DNA of 26,450 nt from a virus (lineage: Duplodnaviria; Caudoviricetes), in the IMG/VR virus record IMGVR_UViG_3300032233_001145, positions 1 through 26,450 of that record; one strand, written 5' to 3'. Under the pieces are notes generated by a model, which saw nothing but the letters and a program-made list of their open reading frames with translations, did not search any database and had not been told where the DNA came from. The translations under genes and the position numbers were made by a program. Within the stretch, counting starts at the first letter, position 1; each line of letters begins with the position of its first letter. Positions 18,894-25,405 of the stretch are shown here, in pieces.

Positions 18894-18933
18894 ACGTTTT
18901 GGTATTCATGTACCATTTGTGTGTTTATGTGTA

Positions 18934-18960
18934 GCCCCGTTAGAAATAACGGGGTTTTTT
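18934..18960 (+). terminator. Rho-independent terminator of the late operon
   Basis: GCCCCGTTA-gaaa-TAACGGGGT followed by a T run. Confidence 0.85.
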
Positions 18961-19135
18961 ATGCCAAACATTGGCTACAATTCTTCCCTCCAAACGGAGA
19001 AACTATTACAGGTGCTGTGTGCAGAAAAACGGCAACCGGGAACGTTAAACCCCGTTGAACCGATTAAATCGGTCCCGTGTTGATCCACTCCAACCTTGCC
19101 ATTAACTAGTGGGACACGTTGACATTACAGTCGTT
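18961..19135. other. GC-richer, hairpin-dense non-coding element (candidate ncRNA or replication origin)
   Basis: At least five stems: GCCAA/TTGGC, CTCC/GGAG, CAAC(C)GGG/CCCGTTG, ACCGAT/ATCGGT, CGTGT..CCACT/AGTGG..ACACG. Confidence 0.45.
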
Positions 19136-19236
19136 ATGTTTATCTATGTGCAGCAATGAACTATTACATTATGCTTGTGTGCGATTATAAATATAGCAAA
19201 GAACTCTGCCCATATGAAGAAAAATAATTTTATTTC

Positions 19237-19269
19237 TTTGGTGTTTTGAAAGATAGGACGTATATTTAT
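19237..19269 (+). promoter_or_regulatory. Bacteroidota sigmaA-like early promoter
   Basis: TTTG (19237-40), 20-nt spacer, TATATTTA (19261-68) versus consensus TTTG-N~19-21-TAnnTTTG; 18 nt upstream of ATG 19287. Confidence 0.55.
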
Positions 19270-19286
19270 TGACACAAACACATATT

Positions 19287-19655
19287 ATGGAAATAACAAA
19301 ATACTGTTCTAAATGCGACACAACAAAACCAATTGAACAATTCTCCAAATCAAAACGTAGCGCTGATGCATATAGCTATACGTGCAAGTCATGTATTAAA
19401 GTATATCAATTAGCCAATAAGGAAAAACTTAAAGCGTATCAACGCGAATACCAACCACAATACAAGGCGGAACATAAAGAAGAATTAGACCAATATTTAA
19501 AAAATTGGCAGAAAGCTAACCCAGAAAAAGCACGTGCACATGTAGCAGCATCTAAAGCTAGAAATGCTGAACATTATAAAACATACCAACGTGAATGGGC
19601 ACGTAAAGATAGGTTACGTAAAAAATTAGCTAAACAACAACAGCCTAATGACTAA
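19287..19655 (+). CDS. C4 zinc-ribbon protein with basic helical tail (HNH-associated N-terminal type, no nuclease domain)
   Basis: KYCSKCDTTKPIEQFSKSKRSADAYSYTCKSC; ATG at 19287 preferred to TTG at 19269. Confidence 0.7.
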   Translation: MEITKYCSKCDTTKPIEQFSKSKRSADAYSYTCKSCIKVYQLANKEKLKAYQREYQPQYKAEHKEELDQYLKNWQKANPEKARAHVAASKARNAEHYKTYQREWARKDRLRKKLAKQQQPND

Positions 19656-20157
19656 TAGCCAATTAGTAGAACAAACGTATCGCAAACATCATACCTGGTT
19701 ACTTCAAGTATCATATAATTTTACCAATAGTAAAGATAAATCACAAGAATTAGTTCAGGATTTATATCTTAAATTAATGGAATATAAAGATGTTACTAAA
19801 ATAATGTTTAAAGATGATGTTAATTTATTTTACTTATATAAAATGTTAAGATCAATTTATTTAAACGGCTTAAAACGCTCAAAATCAAGTCTACCATTAG
19901 ATGATGATTTATTAAACAAACCAGCAGATGAATATTCTTATGAAGCAGATAACGATTTTGAACGTATGTTGGAATTAACAAATCAAGCATTAGATGAATT
20001 TAACTGGTTTGATAGTCATTTATTACGTGTTTATTTAGATGAAGATCATTCAATACAATCATTACATAAAGCAACAACAATATCAGCATCAACAATTTGG
20101 TCATCACAACAAAAAATAAAAAAATATGTTAGAGAATATGTCAACAAAAACATGTAG
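19648..20157 (+). CDS. ECF-like RNA polymerase sigma factor
   Basis: 169 aa; region 2 SQELVQDLYLKL...YLYKMLRSIYLN; region 4 HTH SIQSLHKATTISASTIW. Confidence 0.7.
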   Translation: MTNSQLVEQTYRKHHTWLLQVSYNFTNSKDKSQELVQDLYLKLMEYKDVTKIMFKDDVNLFYLYKMLRSIYLNGLKRSKSSLPLDDDLLNKPADEYSYEADNDFERMLELTNQALDEFNWFDSHLLRVYLDEDHSIQSLHKATTISASTIWSSQQKIKKYVREYVNKNM

Positions 20158-20644
20158 AGCCTGTAAGCAAGACAAACCAATAGAATGTTTTAATAAGGAT
20201 AAATCTAGAAAAGATGGTAAATGTCCTAGATGTAAAGCGTGTGATTTAGTAGCTACATCTAAATGGAGAGAAAATAATTTAGTTAAGAAAAATATATATG
20301 ATAAACAGTTTTATTATAAGCATAAAGCTAAGTATGATGAAATGGTTGATGTAAAACATAATAGTATTGATCCAGCTATCTATATGATTAAAAATATAAT
20401 CAATGGTAAATGTTATATTGGTACAAGTAAAGCACCTTATAGACGTGTTTATCAACATCTATCATATCGTAAAGATTTAAATAGTAACTATCCAAGCCCA
20501 TATGAATTAGCATGTGATATTGACAAATATGGTAAAGGAGCGTTTGTGTGGGGAGTAATGGAACATGTGACAAAAGAAAATAAATTCACTAAAGAACGTG
20601 AATATATAAGTATATATCAACCTGAATACAATAATAGAAAATAA
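20138..20644 (+). CDS. C4 zinc-ribbon plus GIY-YIG endonuclease
   Basis: CRACKQDKPIECFNKDKSRKDGKCPRCKAC followed by AIYMIKNIINGKCYIG...RRVYQH...KEREYI...PEYN. Confidence 0.75.
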   Translation: MSTKTCRACKQDKPIECFNKDKSRKDGKCPRCKACDLVATSKWRENNLVKKNIYDKQFYYKHKAKYDEMVDVKHNSIDPAIYMIKNIINGKCYIGTSKAPYRRVYQHLSYRKDLNSNYPSPYELACDIDKYGKGAFVWGVMEHVTKENKFTKEREYISIYQPEYNNRK

Positions 20645-20645
20645 T

Positions 20646-20813
20646 ATGAAACTAGGAAACTTTGTGGAAAAATTAATAGCAATCGTTACATTAGGATATG
20701 GACATCGTATTGCACAGTATGTGGCTAATAAAATGGGTTATGAATCGTGTGGATGTGAAACGCGTAAAGAATGGCTTAATACGTTATTTGTAAAAAAAGA
20801 CATAAAATTATAA
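20646..20813 (+). CDS. Small 55-aa CGC-motif protein
   Basis: MKLGNFVEKLIAIVTLGYGHRIAQYVANKMGYESCGCETRKEWLNTLFVKKDIKL*; fills the gap exactly. Confidence 0.65.
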   Translation: MKLGNFVEKLIAIVTLGYGHRIAQYVANKMGYESCGCETRKEWLNTLFVKKDIKL

Positions 20814-20814
20814 C

Positions 20815-21099
20815 ATGACACTAGAACAAGCACAAGAAGTTAAAGACATTCTAAAAACAATACACGACCATATTCCAGCAACACATGTTGACAGAATATT
20901 TCATTACTATAAAAGTTATATTGATCCACATGCTGGTAAACCTTGTACATGTAGTCCTAAAGACTGGAATAGAATGTTAATTGAATTAAAAAATAAAGTA
21001 GAAGCTACATTAGCAAGTTATGAACAAATACAAAATCAACCAGAAGAAAGTACCTCATCCAAACGTGGTAGGAAAAAAGGAATTAAAACAACTTTATAA
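20815..21099 (+). CDS. Hypothetical protein with PCTC motif
   Basis: 94 aa, KPCTCSP, basic C-terminus. Confidence 0.6.
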   Translation: MTLEQAQEVKDILKTIHDHIPATHVDRIFHYYKSYIDPHAGKPCTCSPKDWNRMLIELKNKVEATLASYEQIQNQPEESTSSKRGRKKGIKTTL

Positions 21100-21103
21100 T
21101 ATA

Positions 21104-21367
21104 ATGGAATCAATTAAATATGAAACAAATCCTATGTCTGATGAGGAACGAGACAAATTAAATAAAGAATATAAAATAGGTCCTTATCGTGAGTGGACAA
21201 TTAGTTTACCTAGGATGAAAGAAATAGAGAAAATAGTTAGTGATATACATACTCATTATGGTCCTAAAACAATGAGTAAAAAACCATTTGGTGCTGGATT
21301 AGGAACAGGTAAAAGACAATTAGAAGCAGAACGAGAAAAATTAATATCAGAAATAGAAAATGGCTAA
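21104..21367 (+). CDS. Hypothetical protein
   Basis: ATG at 21104 avoids overlap with the upstream gene (ORF track start 21020). Confidence 0.5.
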   Translation: MESIKYETNPMSDEERDKLNKEYKIGPYREWTISLPRMKEIEKIVSDIHTHYGPKTMSKKPFGAGLGTGKRQLEAEREKLISEIENG

Positions 21368-21485
21368 ATCATCAGCGGGCAGAGTAACTAAATTAACATT
21401 TGGTAAACGTAAATCAGGTAAAGCAAAAAAATCATATGGACCAACAGAACAAAAACCTAAGCGTTATAGAGGACAAGGACGTTAG
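21360..21485 (+). CDS. Small basic 41-aa protein ending YRGQGR
   Basis: MAKSSAGRVTKLTFGKRKSGKAKKSYGPTEQKPKRYRGQGR*; C-terminal YRGQG(R/K) motif recurs in aquatic phages. Confidence 0.65.
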   Translation: MAKSSAGRVTKLTFGKRKSGKAKKSYGPTEQKPKRYRGQGR

Positions 21486-21666
21486 TGAACAAGAAGCAGT
21501 ACGTGAATACGTTGATGCTATAGAAAATAACATTGAATACTTTAAAGAGTGGGCTGCTATCTATAAAACACAAAAAGATATAGCACAACAAAAAGTAAGT
21601 ATTTTAGAAATGAAGGTTTTACAATTAACAGAAATAATAAGACAGTACCAAAATGGCACAATGTAG
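21436..21666 (+). CDS. Hypothetical coiled-coil protein
   Basis: ATG 21436; helical heptad pattern. Confidence 0.5.
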   Translation: MDQQNKNLSVIEDKDVSEQEAVREYVDAIENNIEYFKEWAAIYKTQKDIAQQKVSILEMKVLQLTEIIRQYQNGTM

Positions 21667-21907
21667 ACAATGTAGTAAATGTAAAGAAATAAAACCATTA
21701 ACTGAATACTATAAACGTAGTCAAAGTAAAGACGATGGTGTAGCTAGACAATGTAAAATGTGTACTAACGCTAACTACAAAGCATATTGGAAACGCACTG
21801 CAATTAAACAATCACAAAAACGACATGCTAGACAAATACGGGTTGATATACAAAATAACGAATACAACAAACCAGAGATATTACATTGGGAAAAAATGTC
21901 TGCATAA
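21653..21907 (+). CDS. C4 zinc-ribbon protein
   Basis: RQCSKCKEIKPLTEYYKRSQSKDDGVARQCKMC. Confidence 0.65.
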   Translation: MAQCRQCSKCKEIKPLTEYYKRSQSKDDGVARQCKMCTNANYKAYWKRTAIKQSQKRHARQIRVDIQNNEYNKPEILHWEKMSA

Positions 21908-22157
21908 AGGTAAAGCATGGGACAAATACTGGGGTAGTAGTAAGGATTTAATAGCAGATATGAAGATAATAGGTAAGGATAAATTCAATAAAGAAGTATT
22001 ACAATATTGTGAATCCAGCTATGAACTCAGTTACTACGAGATAGAACATATGATCAAACACAATTGGCTCAGTGATGATTGCTATAATCAGAATATGAGC
22101 GGACGATATTTTAAATCAAAATTAACACATAATGAAAACAGAAACAACACGATTTGA
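21825..22157 (+). CDS. Stand-alone GIY-YIG (Seg-like) nuclease domain protein
   Basis: YGLIYKITNTTNQRYYIGKK...YWGSS...FNKEVL...LSYYE...YNQN. Confidence 0.7.
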   Translation: MLDKYGLIYKITNTTNQRYYIGKKCLHKGKAWDKYWGSSKDLIADMKIIGKDKFNKEVLQYCESSYELSYYEIEHMIKHNWLSDDCYNQNMSGRYFKSKLTHNENRNNTI

Positions 22158-22452
22158 TGCCATAATTGGTAAATTAGATGAACCCGCATTAGACCCAAAT
22201 GCATTTTACTTATTAGATTTAGACAAAATCAATACAATTGATGATGTTAAAGCAGTATTTAATGCGCTTGGATTTAATTTCATAGGTAACCATCCACGCA
22301 TTACTATGATAGCGCATTTGTTAAATAGAAATAATCCAATATATCCACCTGCAGCATTTGAGGTAGAAACGGATTTGAGTAAATTAGATGATTATCCTGA
22401 TGTAGTATCAGCAGACGGATATGCTACTAATGAGAATGAAATTGCTGAATAG
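22132..22452 (+). CDS. Hypothetical protein
   Basis: 106-aa ORF with acidic C-terminus. Confidence 0.5.
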   Translation: MKTETTRFDAIIGKLDEPALDPNAFYLLDLDKINTIDDVKAVFNALGFNFIGNHPRITMIAHLLNRNNPIYPPAAFEVETDLSKLDDYPDVVSADGYATNENEIAE

Positions 22453-22454
22453 TG

Positions 22455-22460
22455 GTTATA
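22455..22460 (+). promoter_or_regulatory. Putative late promoter box GTTATA
   Basis: GAAAT-N12-GTTATA in the gap upstream of terS. Confidence 0.45.
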
Positions 22461-22488
22461 ATACGTAGACAACGTAAAGAAACATAAT

Positions 22489-22803
22489 ATGCCATTCATA
22501 GCAGGAGAAGTAACAGGTAGACCTAAAGGAAGCGAAGGTAAAGATACCAAACGCGTTCGTGAAGCGATCACAGCAATCACTGAAGGCGGTATAACAAGTT
22601 TAAATGAATGTTTTGACGAAATAAGACAAGATAATCCAGCTAAATTTGTTGAATTGTACTTGCGATTATTAGAATACACAATGCCTAAATTAAGGTCAAT
22701 TGACAATAATATTGATTTAAACGATTCACTAATACAAAAAATAACAGTAGAAGTCAATGCCAAGAGACCTCAACATACAAGCGACGACAGTATTTCAGAA
22801 TAA
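22489..22803 (+). CDS. terS: Putative terminase small subunit
   Basis: MPF...GRPKGS N-terminal motif; directly upstream of and overlapping terL. Confidence 0.65.
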   Translation: MPFIAGEVTGRPKGSEGKDTKRVREAITAITEGGITSLNECFDEIRQDNPAKFVELYLRLLEYTMPKLRSIDNNIDLNDSLIQKITVEVNAKRPQHTSDDSISE

Positions 22804-24001
22804 CTGGGATGCAACTACTCGTTTTGTAGTTAATATTGGTGGATCACGTTCAACAAAAACATACTCAATACTCCAATTATTGATTGTTAAAGCATTAGAA
22901 AGTGTTGAACCATTAGTTATATCAATTGTTAGGAAATCCCTACCATCACTCCGTATTAGCGTGATGAGGGATTTCTTTAACATACTTAAATCGCTCGATT
23001 TATATAATGAAGAATTACACAATAAAACTGAAAACACATATCATTTAGGCAATTCAATAATTGAGTTTTTTAGTATTGATGATGCACAGAAACGTAGGGG
23101 TACTAAGCGTGATATACTGTTTGTAAATGAGGCAAATGAAATTACTTATGAGGACTTCTTTCAATTAAACATTAGAACAACAACACAAGTATATTTTGAC
23201 TTTAACCCATCAGAAATATTTTGGTACAACGATCAAATACAAACTAGAGATGATATTACAATCATTCATTCAACATATAAAGACAATCCTTATCTTAATG
23301 ATGATCAGATTAAAGAAATCGAACGTCTACAACACACTGACAAACAATACTATCAGATTTATGCATTGGGTCAGTTTGCAGGATCCATTGATCGTATATA
23401 TCAGTATATACCTGTTGATGATATACCTGTTGATGTAGCTAAATTAGTAGCATTAGGAATGGACTTTGGATTCACTAATGACCCAACAACATTAGTTGAG
23501 GTTTGGAAAGACAATAGAGACAATATCTGGTTGAATGAATTAGTTTATGAGCAAGGCTTAACAAACGGCGATATTGCTGCTTTATTAGGCCAATATGGAG
23601 TTGATAAGTATATTGAAATAATAGCTGATAGCGCTGAACCTAAATCGATTGAAGAATTAAGGCGCTTTGGATATAACATTAAACCAGCACACAAAGGCCC
23701 AGATTCAATTAATAATGGTATTGATATATTGAAACGCCACATAATTCATGTTACTAAACAATCAGTTAATTTGATTAAGGAACTAAACAATTATAAGTGG
23801 GTAACAGATAAAAACGGAAATAAATTAAACAAACCAGTAGATATGTTTAACCACGCTTTAGATGCTGTACGTTATGTAGCACTTAATAAAATGAAAGTAG
23901 AAAATAAAGGTAGATACAACATAAGCATTGTAGGTAGAGATGGTGAATTATCTAGAGCAATTACAGGACAACAAAATTCAAAAACATACGCAATAAGATA
24001 A
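22757..24001 (+). CDS. terL: Terminase large subunit (PBSX/SPP1-like)
   Basis: Walker A GGSRSTKT, Walker B ILFVNEANE, coupling motif DFNP, STYKDNPYL, nuclease GMDFGFTNDP, ADSAEPKSI, NHALDAVRY. Confidence 0.92.
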   Translation: MPRDLNIQATTVFQNNWDATTRFVVNIGGSRSTKTYSILQLLIVKALESVEPLVISIVRKSLPSLRISVMRDFFNILKSLDLYNEELHNKTENTYHLGNSIIEFFSIDDAQKRRGTKRDILFVNEANEITYEDFFQLNIRTTTQVYFDFNPSEIFWYNDQIQTRDDITIIHSTYKDNPYLNDDQIKEIERLQHTDKQYYQIYALGQFAGSIDRIYQYIPVDDIPVDVAKLVALGMDFGFTNDPTTLVEVWKDNRDNIWLNELVYEQGLTNGDIAALLGQYGVDKYIEIIADSAEPKSIEELRRFGYNIKPAHKGPDSINNGIDILKRHIIHVTKQSVNLIKELNNYKWVTDKNGNKLNKPVDMFNHALDAVRYVALNKMKVENKGRYNISIVGRDGELSRAITGQQNSKTYAIR

Positions 24002-24002
24002 C

Positions 24003-24695
24003 ATGAAATTAACAATTACATACCCTGATAGTTGGGCTGAAGTAAAATTATCACAATATTTAGAATACACTAAGCATGTAAAACCTTGGACAGAAACAGA
24101 AGAATATGCTGAAAGATCAATACAATCAGCATTGCTACATTTTTGTAAAGTACCTGTTGAATACATAAATAAATTACCTAAAGCAGTAGCTGATAAAGCA
24201 TCTGTAAAATTAGGAGAATTATTTACTGATATAAACAAAAAACCGTTAGTAACAGAATTTACTGTTGGTAGTACAGTGTATGGTTTTATACCTGCACTAG
24301 ATGATATGACATATGGTGAATATTTAGATTTAGTTGCTTACACTAAAAAGGATATGTGGGATAATATTCCTACAATTATGTCTATTTTATACAGACCAAT
24401 TACAAATCGCGTAGGTAAATTATATACAATAGAACCATACTCAGGTACACCTGAAACTAGAATAGAATTATTTAAACACATTCTAACAATGGATGTTGTA
24501 TTTGGAGCTATTGGTTTTTTTTTAGGTTTGCAGAAAGACTTACTGATAGGTACCCTGACTTATTCAATGGAGGAGATGAAGAAGACCAAGGACCCAGAAA
24601 CATTAGCCATACTGCAGGATTTAACGAAAAATGGTCAGGATATAGTACAATCGCAATCTTATCTAATAACGACCTTACGAGATTCGACACTATAA
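24003..24695 (+). CDS. Putative tail assembly chaperone (gpG-like), 0-frame product
   Basis: PDSWAEVKLSQY, YGFIPALDDMTYGEYLDL, IMSILYRPI; contains a T9 slippery tract at 24515-24523. Confidence 0.6.
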   Translation: MKLTITYPDSWAEVKLSQYLEYTKHVKPWTETEEYAERSIQSALLHFCKVPVEYINKLPKAVADKASVKLGELFTDINKKPLVTEFTVGSTVYGFIPALDDMTYGEYLDLVAYTKKDMWDNIPTIMSILYRPITNRVGKLYTIEPYSGTPETRIELFKHILTMDVVFGAIGFFLGLQKDLLIGTLTYSMEEMKKTKDPETLAILQDLTKNGQDIVQSQSYLITTLRDSTL

Positions 24696-24796
24696 CTGAA
24701 TATCCAGTACATAAATGCTTAACGTACTTATCATATCTAAAAGATTACAATGAATTGCAAGTACAACAAGCTAAACAATACCAAGCATTTAAGTAA
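24003..24796 (+). CDS. Putative -1 frameshift product of the tail assembly chaperone (gpGT-like)
   Basis: After GGT TTT TTT TTA the -1 frame has no ATG yet stays open for ~91 codons to TAA at 24794-96: FRFAERLTDRYPDLFNGG...KWSGYSTIAILSNNDLTRFDTITEYPVHKCLTYLSYLKDYNE...AFK*. Confidence 0.65.
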
Positions 24797-24930
24797 ATTT
24801 GGATTGGGCAAAATTATTGACGTAACTTCTAATTCGCTGGTTCAATTATTAACCGATTAATAAAACTGGTTGAATAGAAAAAATGTAGCAATGGTTGAAA
24901 TGAAATCACGTTCTGTGGTTACAATGTTAG

Positions 24931-25149
24931 ATGAAAAAATACTTTTCTAGTCGCGATACTCGATATGCAATTGAGGAAAAACCATCACCGAAATTTTCGT
25001 ATGGTTTAAATGTGCCTGGTTCACCCGCTTTTCAAGCATGTTTATGTGCTGATAAAGATAACTTAACCTATAGCAAGAAATGTTGCAAGGGTTATTTATT
25101 TAATCAAGGCATCGGTAACATCACGGCGCCATATTCAGGTAGTATATAA
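24931..25149 (+). CDS. Small Cys-rich protein (CLC...TYSKKCC), copy 1
   Basis: MKKYFS...ACLCADKDNLTYSKKCCKGYLFNQGIGNI. Confidence 0.7.
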   Translation: MKKYFSSRDTRYAIEEKPSPKFSYGLNVPGSPAFQACLCADKDNLTYSKKCCKGYLFNQGIGNITAPYSGSI

Positions 25150-25394
25150 TGAAAAAGTATTTTAGTAATAAAGTAACAAACCCAAACGCAAGCAGAGATG
25201 CACCTAATTTCTCGTATGGTAAATCAGGTGTTAGAGGTGGTTCACAACTAGCATGTTTATGTGCAAATAGAAAAACATATAGTAAAGAATGTTGTAAGGG
25301 TTACTTACTAAATCAAACAATTGGAAACATTATTTCACCATATCCAAATGCTGGAAGAGCATTTAATGAAGGATTTAGTGATGGATTCTCTTAA
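25149..25394 (+). CDS. Small Cys-rich protein (CLC...TYSKECC), copy 2
   Basis: MKKYFS...ACLCANRKTYSKECCKGYLLNQTIGNI...AFNEGFSDGFS; TAATG-coupled paralogue of the previous gene. Confidence 0.7.
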   Translation: MKKYFSNKVTNPNASRDAPNFSYGKSGVRGGSQLACLCANRKTYSKECCKGYLLNQTIGNIISPYPNAGRAFNEGFSDGFS

Positions 25395-25405
25395 TAAACT
25401 AAAGT

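Noticed and set aside
18961-19083. 40-codon ORF MPNIGYNSSLQ...KSVPC in the structured region
   Set aside because: It starts immediately after a terminator T-run, has atypical composition and no motif; RNA/DNA structure explains the region better.
2699-24690. Remaining minus-strand and nested ORFs in the track (e.g. 2699-3100, 4129-4344, 8785-9114, 16723-17001, 17499-17720, 22392-22763, 23196-23438, 24508-24690)
   Set aside because: All overlap well-supported + strand genes and lack recognisable motifs.
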